From the NCBI GenBank assembly GCA_050253075.1, contig JBFWJS010000003.1, positions 213,458-277,457 of the forward strand: a DNA stretch of 64,000 nucleotides, in the 5' to 3' direction. Shown one piece after another: positions 50,222-59,948 of the stretch. A model generated the notes under the pieces. The model saw only the letters and a list, made by a program, of their open reading frames with translations. It made no database searches and was not told where the DNA came from. The position numbers and the translations under genes are program-made. The DNA comes from Deferribacterales bacterium. GTDB taxonomy: Bacteria > Chrysiogenota > Deferribacteres > Deferribacterales > Geovibrionaceae. The stretch's first letter is position 1. Each line of letters begins with the position of its first letter.

Positions 50222-50746
50222 ATGAAAAAAACACTTATTTTTATAATTTTTATGGTTGCCGTTGCAGGAATAGTAGGCGTTTCCGCTTTTAACAAAAATC
50301 TCGAAGATGTTGTCGGCTATGTCGACGGACAGGCTGTGAAAGCAGCTCAGCTTCAAAACTATGTAAACGAACTTCTCGGTTCAAACTATCAGAAAAAGAT
50401 GGACACGGCAGAAGGACGTCAGGAGCTTTTCAACCACTACGTAAACAGAAAGCTCTTACTTGAATATGCGAAAGAAAACATTGAAACAGAAGACAGCTTT
50501 GTCGTGTCCCATACTATGGGCGAAGTTTCCGAAGAGACAGCACTCATCAGCGCAGTGCTTAAAAAGGAAGTTAACGATAAAGTTCAATATACAGAAGAGG
50601 ATGTCAAAGCTCTTATGGCTGCCGATACCCGATTCACAAACATGCAGGATGCAGAGAGAGAGGTTATCTCACAGAAACGTGTAGAGCTCTTCTATACATT
50701 CATGGAAAAAGTTAAATCGAACCACAAGATAGAACTGGCTGGGTAG
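50222..50746 (+). CDS. Exported protein resembling a SurA/PrsA N-terminal domain without a parvulin domain
   Basis: Signal/TM; VVGYVDGQAV..L..Y, RQELFNHYVNRKLLLEYAK, YTEEDVK, C-terminal EKVKSNHKIE; GAGGAG RBS. Confidence 0.6.
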   Translation: MKKTLIFIIFMVAVAGIVGVSAFNKNLEDVVGYVDGQAVKAAQLQNYVNELLGSNYQKKMDTAEGRQELFNHYVNRKLLLEYAKENIETEDSFVVSHTMGEVSEETALISAVLKKEVNDKVQYTEEDVKALMAADTRFTNMQDAEREVISQKRVELFYTFMEKVKSNHKIELAG

Positions 50747-50790
50747 AGAAAGCTAGTTTTTTCAGACAATATACTCCTTCTTTTATGTCT

Positions 50791-50827
50791 AAAGGGCAGG
50801 CATCCTTCGGGATGTCTGTCCTTTTTT
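50791..50827 (+). terminator. Intrinsic terminator with cUUCGg tetraloop
   Basis: AAAGGGCAGGCATCC-TTCG-GGATGTCTGTCCTTT plus T-run. Confidence 0.85.
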
Positions 50828-50864
50828 ATTATCTAAGATAACTGATCAGTTTATTAATATGATA

Positions 50865-50903
50865 CGTCACTCTGATAAAGGCGAAGCCTGACGTGAGAGT
50901 CTC
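50865..50903 (+). repeat. CGTC-type REP-like palindromic element
   Basis: CGTCACTCTGA..AGGCGAAGCCT..GAGAGTCTC; a related TGTCATTCTGAGCG.. lies at 57481. Confidence 0.4.
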
Positions 50904-50922
50904 GGGATGGCGGAGTATCTAT

Positions 50923-50953
50923 AAAAAAAGGCGGACCCTTTAGAGCCCGCCTT
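50923..50953 (-). terminator. Terminator of the split MCP gene
   Basis: A7-GGCGG..CCGCCTT hairpin. Confidence 0.7.
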
Positions 50954-50978
50954 GTCAGATATATTTAGGTATATCCGA

Positions 50979-52661
50979 TTACTTGGTCTTAAACTTATCA
51001 ACCAGCAGGTGAAGATCGTCAGCCTGCTGCTGAAGGTCTACGACAGTCTTGGTGATCTCGTGTACGGCAGTAGAGCTCTGCTCTATACCTGCGGAGATGA
51101 CCTGAGCGTTGTCGTTGATGTTGTTGATAGCTGTCACCTGCTCTTCGATAGAGCCTGTGATGATATCGTTTGTGGTGTGGATAGACTGTACAGAGTTAAC
51201 TATCTGCTCGAAGATCTCTTCGGTGGCTTTGATAGTCTCTGCGCCTTCCACAACTTTATTGGTCGCTTCTTTCATATCTTTATTAGCGTTTGTTGTCTCA
51301 TTCTGAAGGCTTACGATGATGGACTCAATCTCTTTCGTAGCTGATTGTGTCCTTTCAGCGAGCTTTCTTACTTCGTCGGCAACAACGGCGAAACCGCGTC
51401 CATGCTCGCCCGCTCTTGCTGCCTCGATGGCTGCGTTAAGTGCGAGGAGGTTTGTCTGGTCTGCGATGTCGTTGATCACGCTGATGATGTTTCCTATCTC
51501 TTCTGATGAAGCAGACAGGCTGTTGATTGTCGTACCGAGTTTCTCAACTTTTGCTTTGATAGCCATAACTTCCTGAACAGAGCTGAGCAGCTTGCCTTTA
51601 CCTTCAGAGGTAAGTCTGTCTGCATTCGCTGTCTGGTCGTTTGCCTCTTTCAGAGCCAGCATAACCTCATTAGAGGAAACACTGATCTGCTCTGTTGCGC
51701 TGGCTACGGAAACAATCTGGGAAGACTGATCCTGCATTGTGACGGAGAGTTCCTCTGTGGCGCTCGCCAGCTCTGTACTGCCTGATGCGACAGACTGAGA
51801 GCTCTCTTTCACTATGGAGATAATGTCGTTCAGTTTATCAATGAAGATGTTGAAGTGCGTAGACATAGCACCGACCTCGTCATTGGAAAGAACAGGCAGA
51901 GACTTCGTAAGGTCGCCTTCACCCTCGGAAACAGCTTTGAGGAAAGTGTTTGCCATTACGATACTCTTTGTCATAAGGCTGCTGAGGAAGTATGCAATAC
52001 CCACAACGCCTACTATGATTATTATAGCTATTATAACGACAGTAGTAACAAGTGCGCTGATCTGCTTATGAAGAACAGCCTCTTTCTCTGCTACTATGTC
52101 CTGAATGTCGTCGATGTAAAAGCCTGTACCGATCATCCATTTCTACTTATCCAGACCGATAGCATAGCTTAGCTTTGCCACGTCAGCGTTTTTAGAAGCC
52201 TTCGGCCAGACGTACTCAACATATCCGCCGCCTTTTTTAGCTTCGTTCACCATCTCTTTGAAGAGAGGCACGCCGTTGCTGTCCTTATAGCCGGACATGT
52301 CTTTACCTATCAGCTCAGGTTTTACCCTGTGAGCCGTGATAATAGCGTTAAAGTCTGTTGCAAATACGTAGCCGTCGTCACCATAGTGAAGAGACATAAG
52401 TATCTTTGCTGCTTCTTTTTTAGCAGCTTCGTCATTTGCATCTGCGTTGTCATAAATGCTTTCAATAGACGAATAGGCCAGGTCGATATAACTCTTCAGC
52501 TCAGTCTTTTTACTTGCGATCATTAAACGTTCAAATGACTCTATCTCATTGTCACCCAACTTAGTAATTTGGAAATAAAAGAAGACAGCCATTATGAGCA
52601 CAGTAAGAATAACTGGTACTGCTGAAAGAAGTATCACTTTGAGTTTGATGCTCATTTGCAT
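50979..52661 (-). pseudogene. Cache-domain MCP interrupted by one in-frame TAG (52143-52145)
   Basis: ORFs 52143..52661 and 50979..52136 share a frame and read [22 protein letters not shown] across the junction; HAMP and [35 protein letters not shown] are intact downstream. Confidence 0.85.
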
Positions 52662-52841
52662 TACACACCCCGAACGGAAATTGAATTATTGTAATCTCAC
52701 AAAGATTATACACTATATATAAAGAAAGTTAAGGTTATTTTAATAATGTATTTATCTTCATGCTTGTGTTTGTATATATTATTATCTCTTTTACGGATAA
52801 TGCAATGGTTAATAACTTAAATTAAACAAAAAAAAATACAT

Positions 52842-54188
52842 TTAAGCATTCAGGACGTTTATGAAGTTGTTGTTTTGTTGACAGACTCTATTGGAGAAAA
52901 TGTTGTCTCTGAATTCGTTGAACTCGTCCATTGCCTCATTCTGAAAAGCTCTGCGTGCTTCGAAGACCACGTCATAGTTTTCAATGAGAATCTCAAGGAT
53001 CTCTTCGTCCAGCTTCCCTTCTTCGCACATGTTTTTCATCATTGCTATAAGGTTATCTTTCGGTTCGCACTTTCGGTAAGGGCGTTCCTCCGTCATAGCG
53101 GTGAAGATGTCTGCGATGGTCATTATCCTGCTGCCTGTACAGAGCTTTTTCCCTCCGATGTGGAAAGGATAGCCCGAGCCGTCGAGGAACTCATGGTGAA
53201 ATGAAGCCCAGTCCTTGATAGTTTCGAATATCTGGAATGAGTTAAGGATAGTATATGTGAAGTATGGATGCTTTCTGACCGTCTGCATCTCGTCGTATGT
53301 AAGTTTGTCATTTTTATAAAGTACTTCTGAAGGTATTGCCAGCTTGCCTATGTCGTGCAGATAGCCCGCTATCATCGATGCCTTTGTTTCCAGCTCGTCC
53401 ATGCCGCACAGCTTCGCCAGCGTGCTGGCTACGGCTGCCACCCCTGCGGAGTGTGTGGCAGTGAATATGCAGCGGAAGTCGATTATGCGGCTGAGGAGCT
53501 TCGCAGTCTCCAGCATGTCGTCCATGTCCATATTCATATGTGTAAAGTTAAAGCCGTATTTTATGAGTGGATATTTCTCCTGCTCCTCGATGTCGAACCA
53601 GAAGTGTTCCTTATCCGCCATCCTGAGGAAGGCTGCTATATGCCCGTGGTGAAACTTGTTTTCGCCCGAGCGTCTGATACGTTCGATGACGTATTCTCGC
53701 TGTTCGAGGGCAGGTTTGTCCCTGTGGAGCAGAATGTCCACCCTGTCTGCGAGGTGTATCACGTGTGCAAGCTCAGGCACTTCTTCTTTCCCGCCGAGCA
53801 GGTTGTCCTCTATTTTATAAGGAGTATGATGATACTTGACCAGTTTTGCGACGTCGGGGAAAATCTTGAAATCCTTTAAAAGGTAAAACCCTACCAGAAC
53901 GTGGCTGAGCTCCTTTTCATAGGTTTCTTCCTCGCCTGCGAGCTCGTGGAACTCTTTCTCCACCACGACGCCTATGTCGTGTATGAGTGACGCAAGGATG
54001 ACATTTTCGATCTCTGCGTCGCCGTATCCCATCTCTTTGGCTATGCTGCCCGCTATGAAAGCGACCCGCTGATGGTGATTATTTATCAGAGGATTAACGA
54101 GATCGAGAGCTTTAGACAGAGCGTATGCAATGTCGAACGTTGTCGTAATGTATTTATCGTAAAACTGATTTTTACAAGTTATTTTCAT
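52842..54188 (-). CDS. HD-GYP domain protein (putative cyclic dinucleotide phosphodiesterase) with two HD domains
   Basis: N-terminal HHQRV..IHDIG..YHH; C-terminal THS..LHDIGKL..HHEFLDGSGYP..IADIFTAMTEERPYR. Confidence 0.9.
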   Translation of the reverse strand: MKITCKNQFYDKYITTTFDIAYALSKALDLVNPLINNHHQRVAFIAGSIAKEMGYGDAEIENVILASLIHDIGVVVEKEFHELAGEEETYEKELSHVLVGFYLLKDFKIFPDVAKLVKYHHTPYKIEDNLLGGKEEVPELAHVIHLADRVDILLHRDKPALEQREYVIERIRRSGENKFHHGHIAAFLRMADKEHFWFDIEEQEKYPLIKYGFNFTHMNMDMDDMLETAKLLSRIIDFRCIFTATHSAGVAAVASTLAKLCGMDELETKASMIAGYLHDIGKLAIPSEVLYKNDKLTYDEMQTVRKHPYFTYTILNSFQIFETIKDWASFHHEFLDGSGYPFHIGGKKLCTGSRIMTIADIFTAMTEERPYRKCEPKDNLIAMMKNMCEEGKLDEEILEILIENYDVVFEARRAFQNEAMDEFNEFRDNIFSNRVCQQNNNFINVLNA

Positions 54189-54305
54189 AGGATAATTTAT
54201 ATCATAACCTGCACTAAAAACAACCTGAAAAAAAGCCTAAGAACGGTTGAAAACATTACAGAAGTGTTCTAATATTAGCATCCGATATAAATCTCAGGAG
54301 ATAAG

Positions 54306-55757
54306 ATGAGCAATTCAGACATACGTGTCCGTTTCGCACCCTCACCGACAGGATATCTGCACGTGGGCGGAGCGAGGACAGCACTTTTCAATTACCTTTT
54401 CGCTAAAGCTACAGGGGGCAGGTTCCTCCTCAGGATAGAAGATACCGACAGAACCAGATTTCAGGAAGATTCTCTCAAGGAGATTTTCGAAAGCCTTAGA
54501 TGGCTCGGGCTCGAGTGGGATGAAGGTCCTGAAAAGGACGGCGGATACGGTCCGTACATTCAGTCTGAAAGGCTCCCGATATATAAAGAACACGCAGAAA
54601 AGCTCCTCGCCGAAGGACATGCCTACAAATGCTTCTGCACATCCGAACGCCTCGAAGAAATGCGTAAGGAAAAAGAAGCACGCAAAGAGCAGCACGGCGG
54701 ATACGACAGACACTGCCGTGACCTCACCCCTGCGGAAGTGCAGGAGAATATCGACGCAGGCAAACCTTATGTAATAAGGCTGAAAGCTCCGCTGGACGGC
54801 GCTATCGCCTTTGAGGATATGGTGCGCGGCATCATCGAGACACCTGCAAATATGATAGACGACACCGTCCTGCTGAAAACTGACGGATTCCCCACATATC
54901 ACCTTGCATCCGTCGTGGACGACCATTTTATGAAGATATCCCACGTTATGCGTGGAGACGAGTGGATAGCATCCACCCCACGCCACGTACTTCTCTATAA
55001 AGCATTCGGATGGGAAGCACCTATATTCGCACACCTTCCCGTTATCCTCTCTCCATCAGGCGGAAAGCTCTCAAAGCGTAAAGGCGCGGCTTCCGTTATG
55101 GATTATAAAAAAGCGGGCTACCTCCCCGAGGCGCTCGTGAACTTCCTCTCTCTCCTCGGCTGGAACCCCGGCGACGACAGAGAGATCATGCCTCTGGCGG
55201 ATGTTATCGAGGCATTCTCGGCTAAAAAGATATCATCAAAACCCGCAGTCTTCGACGAGCAGAAGCTCGAGTGGATGAACGGCCAATATATGGAGAACTA
55301 CCCTGCCGAAAAGATAGCCGAAGAGGTTATTCCTATGTGGCAGGAGAGGGGGCTCGCAGTTGACGATACTGCGTATGCCGTTGGCGTTGTTAAACTCCTG
55401 CAGAACAGATGTAAAAAAGTGACAGAGCTCGCCGAAACAGCAGACTACTTCTTCAAAGACCCTGAAGGGTATGACGAGAAGCAGGCAGGAAAGCAGTTCA
55501 CCTCAGCGGTGAAACCTGCTCTGGATAAGCTGGTGGCGGCTCTCCCTGCGCTCAGCGGATGGCAGAGGGATATGGTCGAGGCCGTATTCAAGGCTGTCGC
55601 TGCAGAGCTCGAGATGTCACCCGGTAAGATAAACCCTGCGGTAAGGCTCGCCGTGACAGGCGTGGGCGGTGGCCCTGACCTTTTCGATATGCTTAACCAT
55701 CTCGGACAGGACTGCACGATACGCAGGATCAAAAAAGCATCAGAATTTATAGGATAA
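54306..55757 (+). CDS. gltX: Glutamate--tRNA ligase
   Basis: [26 protein letters not shown], anticodon-binding domain. Confidence 0.97.
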   Translation: MSNSDIRVRFAPSPTGYLHVGGARTALFNYLFAKATGGRFLLRIEDTDRTRFQEDSLKEIFESLRWLGLEWDEGPEKDGGYGPYIQSERLPIYKEHAEKLLAEGHAYKCFCTSERLEEMRKEKEARKEQHGGYDRHCRDLTPAEVQENIDAGKPYVIRLKAPLDGAIAFEDMVRGIIETPANMIDDTVLLKTDGFPTYHLASVVDDHFMKISHVMRGDEWIASTPRHVLLYKAFGWEAPIFAHLPVILSPSGGKLSKRKGAASVMDYKKAGYLPEALVNFLSLLGWNPGDDREIMPLADVIEAFSAKKISSKPAVFDEQKLEWMNGQYMENYPAEKIAEEVIPMWQERGLAVDDTAYAVGVVKLLQNRCKKVTELAETADYFFKDPEGYDEKQAGKQFTSAVKPALDKLVAALPALSGWQRDMVEAVFKAVAAELEMSPGKINPAVRLAVTGVGGGPDLFDMLNHLGQDCTIRRIKKASEFIG

Positions 55758-55761
55758 ACAG

Positions 55762-57435
55762 ATGGAAGAGATAAAGGCTTCTAACTTTATAAAAAATATA
55801 ATCAGAAAAGACCTCGAAGACGGGAAGAACGACGGACGTGTACACACACGTTTCCCGCCTGAGCCGAACGGATATCTGCACATCGGACACGCAAAGTCCA
55901 TATGCCTGAACTTCGGCGTTGCAGGGGAATTCGGCGGAAAGTGCAACCTGCGCTTTGACGACACAAACCCTGTGAAGGAAGATACCGAATACGTCGAATC
56001 CATTCAGGAGGACGTGAAGTGGCTCGGCTTCGACTGGGAAGACAGGCTCTTTTTCGCATCCGACTATTTCGACAGGTTTTATGAGCTCGCCGTGCAGCTT
56101 GTGAAAGGCGGCAAAGCATATGTGGATAACCAGACCCCCGAAGAGATCAAGCAGAACAGAGGAACTCTTCAGGAGCCCGGTACAGACAGCCCGTACAGAG
56201 GCAGAACACCAGAGGAAAACCTCGAACTGCTGGAAAAGATGAAAAACGGAGAATTCGCCGAGGGTGAATGTGTACTCCGTGCAAAGATAGATATGTCATC
56301 TCCGAACATGAACATGCGTGACCCTATCATCTACCGCATAGCCCACGCAGAACACCACAGAACAGGCGACAAGTGGTGCATATACCCTATGTACGACTTC
56401 GCCCACGGGCTGGAGGACTCCATAGAGGGGATCACACATTCCATATGTACCCTTGAGTTCGAGGACCACAGACCCCTTTACGACTGGTTCCTTGAGGAGC
56501 TCGGTGTTTTCCACCCGCAGCAGATAGAATTTGCCAGACTGAATCTCACATATACAATGATGAGCAAGCGTAACCTGCTCACACTGGTGAACGAAGGGTA
56601 CGTCAGCGGATGGGACGACCCGAGGATGCCTACCATCGCAGGCCTCCGCAGAAGGGGCTATACACCTGCATCTATCAGGAACTTTTCCGAGATGATAGGT
56701 GTTTCCAAAGCGAACTCCATCGTGGAGTACGCACAGCTCGAATACTGCGTTCGTGAAGACCTGAACAAGGTTGCCCAGAGGGTGATGGTGGTCACTGACC
56801 CGCTGAAGGTCGTGATAACGAACTACCCCGAGGACAAAGAAGAGCTCCTCGATGCTGAAAATAACCCTGAGAATGAAGCAGACGGAAACAGACAGATACC
56901 TTTCTGCCGTGAGATATATATAGAGCGTGACGACTTCATGGAGAACCCTCCGAAGAAGTACTTCAGACTTGCCCCAGGGCAGGAACTGCGCCTCAAACAC
57001 GCATACTACATCACATGTGATGAAGTGATAAAAGATGAAAACGGCGAGATAGTAGAGCTGAGATGCTCATACGACCCTGCCAGCAGAGGCGGATGGACAG
57101 ACGACGGCCGAAGAGTGAAGGGGACAGCCCATTGGGTTTCCGCCAGACACTACATAGAGGCAGAAGTCCGCATGTATGATCACCTATTCACAATACCAAA
57201 CCCCGGACGTAAGAAGAAGGGTGAGGTATTCACCGATAATATAAACCCCGACTCGCTTCAGGTAGTGAAAGCCTATGCCGAGCCGTCACTCGCAGACGTG
57301 AAACCTATGCAGAGCTATCAGTTCCTGCGTATAGGATATTTCACCGGCGATAAGGACTCTACGGCGGGCAAGCCTGTTTTCAACAAAACAGTAGGCCTGA
57401 AAGACACCTGGGCAAAGGTTCAGGGTAAAGATTAA
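55762..57435 (+). CDS. glnS: Glutamine--tRNA ligase
   Basis: [47 protein letters not shown]. Confidence 0.97.
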   Translation: MEEIKASNFIKNIIRKDLEDGKNDGRVHTRFPPEPNGYLHIGHAKSICLNFGVAGEFGGKCNLRFDDTNPVKEDTEYVESIQEDVKWLGFDWEDRLFFASDYFDRFYELAVQLVKGGKAYVDNQTPEEIKQNRGTLQEPGTDSPYRGRTPEENLELLEKMKNGEFAEGECVLRAKIDMSSPNMNMRDPIIYRIAHAEHHRTGDKWCIYPMYDFAHGLEDSIEGITHSICTLEFEDHRPLYDWFLEELGVFHPQQIEFARLNLTYTMMSKRNLLTLVNEGYVSGWDDPRMPTIAGLRRRGYTPASIRNFSEMIGVSKANSIVEYAQLEYCVREDLNKVAQRVMVVTDPLKVVITNYPEDKEELLDAENNPENEADGNRQIPFCREIYIERDDFMENPPKKYFRLAPGQELRLKHAYYITCDEVIKDENGEIVELRCSYDPASRGGWTDDGRRVKGTAHWVSARHYIEAEVRMYDHLFTIPNPGRKKKGEVFTDNINPDSLQVVKAYAEPSLADVKPMQSYQFLRIGYFTGDKDSTAGKPVFNKTVGLKDTWAKVQGKD

Positions 57436-57441
57436 ACAGAT

Positions 57442-57468
57442 AAGCCGCTCATTTGAGCGGCTTTTTTT
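57442..57468 (+). terminator. Intrinsic terminator
   Basis: AAGCCGCTCA-TT-TGAGCGGC followed by T7. Confidence 0.88.
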
Positions 57469-57517
57469 ATGTACTTATTATGTCATTCTGAGCGTAAGAA
57501 GAGAGCCTGTTAAAACC

Positions 57518-57814
57518 TTAAAGAAAGTGTCTGAAAATGTTGATGGCCAATATTCCCGCACCGAGGCATACGAGCAGGTTCATCCTGCGCAGTGCCAGTA
57601 TCAGCACCACAACGCAGGAGAGGTATTCCGCAATTCCGCCGTTTATGATGTCGGGGATGATGATGGATATGATGATAGCCACAGGGATGCCCGAAAGAGC
57701 AGCCTTAAATCTGGGCGTCATCTGAAACCTGCTGGCGATGAATATGCCCGAGGCTCTTGTTATGTATGTCGCTATCCCCATGCCGAGGATGGTCAGTATG
57801 CTACTTGTGTTCAT
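57518..57814 (-). CDS. azlD: AzlD-family branched-chain amino acid exporter small subunit
   Basis: 98 aa hydrophobic, ILGMGIATYITR; overlaps azlC. Confidence 0.8.
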   Translation of the reverse strand: MNTSSILTILGMGIATYITRASGIFIASRFQMTPRFKAALSGIPVAIIISIIIPDIINGGIAEYLSCVVVLILALRRMNLLVCLGAGILAINIFRHFL

Positions 57815-58478
57815 ATGAAATCCATCCCGCTATACCGCCTGCGATACCGCCCGCCAGTATGTACCATTTGCCCGCCACCAGCTTATACGTGATAACGGCG
57901 AATATGACGGCTGCTGCTATTATAGGTATGTCCTTTCTGCCTCTGTAGCTGCCTACTGCGATGGTTAGGAACATAGCCGTAAGGGTGAAGTCTATGCCTA
58001 TGGCCTCAGGCGAAGGAACGAGAGCCCCCATAGTGCGCCCGAGCATAGCCGACGACAGCCATAGAACATAATTTATAACACCTGTGCCGAGCAGAAACCC
58101 AATCCGCTGACGCCCCTTTGAAAACTCGCTCATGGAGAGAGCCCATCCTTCATCTATCATAAAGAAAGATGAGAAATATACAAACCACGGCTTCTCGTTC
58201 ATTGCATAAGGATAAACAGATGCAGACATGATCATGTGTCGTAAGTTTATGATAAGTGTAGAAACTATAAGCATAAATATAGGCAGTGGATGCTGCCACA
58301 GGTCTAGTGCCAGTATCTGTGAAACACCCGCATATACCACAAGACAGGACATTATTGTCTCCGGCGTTGTGAGGATATTCTGGGTGAGTATGCCGTATAC
58401 CACGCCGTATGTGCCTACGCCGAGGGCAAGGGGGAAGCCCATTACTATACCGTTTTTGAATGATTGAAAATTTGTCAT
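57801..58478 (-). CDS. azlC: AzlC-family exporter permease
   Basis: VYAGVSQ, INLRHMIMS, DEGWA, GIDF. Confidence 0.88.
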   Translation of the reverse strand: MTNFQSFKNGIVMGFPLALGVGTYGVVYGILTQNILTTPETIMSCLVVYAGVSQILALDLWQHPLPIFMLIVSTLIINLRHMIMSASVYPYAMNEKPWFVYFSSFFMIDEGWALSMSEFSKGRQRIGFLLGTGVINYVLWLSSAMLGRTMGALVPSPEAIGIDFTLTAMFLTIAVGSYRGRKDIPIIAAAVIFAVITYKLVAGKWYILAGGIAGGIAGWISYEHK

Positions 58479-58524
58479 GGTGAGAGAATATATCACAAAA
58501 ATCGGGAAGGATTGAATAAAATTG

Positions 58525-59325
58525 CTATTTTCTGACTATGCAGCTCGGCGGTGTACCGTATATCTTTTTATAGGCTCTGGTGAAGTGCGCCTGATCGGCG
58601 AATCCGCACTCTGTCGCTATGTCTGCTATGGTCGTATCCGTGGTGAATATCATCCTGCGGGCACGCTCTATCCGCAGTATGTTCAGATATGCGTGGGGTG
58701 TGATGCCTGTTGCTTCTCTGAATGAACGGATGAAGTGAAATTTGCTCATGTTGGCGTTGGATGCCAGCTCGTCCAGAGTCAGTTTTTCCGATGAGAGGGC
58801 ATTCATCTGTTCTATCGCTTTCTTTATGCCGTATGGATTGGCATAGAGCTTCTGTACGCTTCTTTCGCTCTCCTTTGCAAAGAGAAGTCCCAGCAGGGAC
58901 TGAAAGGACTGCTCACGCTCCATGTCGCAGTCTGCGTGCAGTATGCCCGAATATATCTTTTCAAGCTCCTGCCTGTATTCCGTGTCGTTCTTTATGGCAC
59001 CGCCGAAGACCAGCTCTTTGGTGTTCAGCTCGTTTTCTGCTATGAATTTATCTGCTGTTTTTATGTCGAATAGTATCACCAGCTGATTCCAGCCTTCTTC
59101 CGTCAGGCTTGTTCCGCTGTGTACTTCGCCCGGGTTCATCACGGCGAGGTTAGACCTGTCGAGCACGCCTTTTTCATGTGCTGTAGCAAAGTTTTTTGCT
59201 CCGCCTGAGAGCATTGCCACAGAGTATGTCTCATGGTAATGCTTGGGGAAGTAATGATACTTCTGATCCGTATACAGTAGGTGAGTGTTGTTGCCGTCGA
59301 GGGACAGGGTTTTGACAGGTTTCAT
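58525..59325 (-). CDS. AraC-family regulator with cupin sensor domain
   Basis: FPKHYHE, NPGEVH; SKFHFIRSF..GITPHAY, CGFADQAHFTR. Confidence 0.92.
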   Translation of the reverse strand: MKPVKTLSLDGNNTHLLYTDQKYHYFPKHYHETYSVAMLSGGAKNFATAHEKGVLDRSNLAVMNPGEVHSGTSLTEEGWNQLVILFDIKTADKFIAENELNTKELVFGGAIKNDTEYRQELEKIYSGILHADCDMEREQSFQSLLGLLFAKESERSVQKLYANPYGIKKAIEQMNALSSEKLTLDELASNANMSKFHFIRSFREATGITPHAYLNILRIERARRMIFTTDTTIADIATECGFADQAHFTRAYKKIYGTPPSCIVRK

Positions 59326-59945
59326 CTTTTACTGAGTGCGAGGGCAACCCCGAGCCCTATCAGGACAGTGCCCGCCACCTTGTTTAAAATACCTGAGCCG
59401 TTATCCTTCTTTTTAAGCAGTTCGCCTATCTGCCCTGAAAAGAGGGCGCATGACGAAAATACTATGAATGTGCATATGATGAATACGCATCCGAGCAGAG
59501 CCATCTGCATCGCCTCGTGTCCGTTCTGCGAGCGGATGAACTGAGGGAAGAGGGCGATGAAGAATATCGCCACCTTCGGGTTCAGTATGTTTGCCGTTAC
59601 GCTTTGTATGAATACGGTTTTAGGAGCGAGCAGCTTATTATCCTTTGCGGCTTTGGCTGCTCCGCTCTTAAAGATCTTTATGCCGATGTAGATCAGATAC
59701 AGCGCTCCCGCTATCTTTATCGCCGTGAATGCCACCGCAGATGCCTTTATAATGGCGGATACGCCTACAATGGCTAGTGTGGTGTGCACTATATTTCCGA
59801 GAGAGAAGCCCGCAGCGGCAGCCATTGCCGATGCACGCCCCTGTGTGAGTCCTCTTGTTATCACATAGATGATGTCGGGGCCGGGGGTAGCCGCCAGAAG
59901 TATGGCGGTAGTAGCGAAAAGTATTATCTGATCTGTCTGAAGCAT
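59322..59945 (-). CDS. LysE/RhtB-family translocator
   Basis: TPGPD, GALYLIYIG, NILNPKVAIFF. Confidence 0.9.
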   Translation of the reverse strand: MLQTDQIILFATTAILLAATPGPDIIYVITRGLTQGRASAMAAAAGFSLGNIVHTTLAIVGVSAIIKASAVAFTAIKIAGALYLIYIGIKIFKSGAAKAAKDNKLLAPKTVFIQSVTANILNPKVAIFFIALFPQFIRSQNGHEAMQMALLGCVFIICTFIVFSSCALFSGQIGELLKKKDNGSGILNKVAGTVLIGLGVALALSKR

Positions 59946-59948
59946 GTA

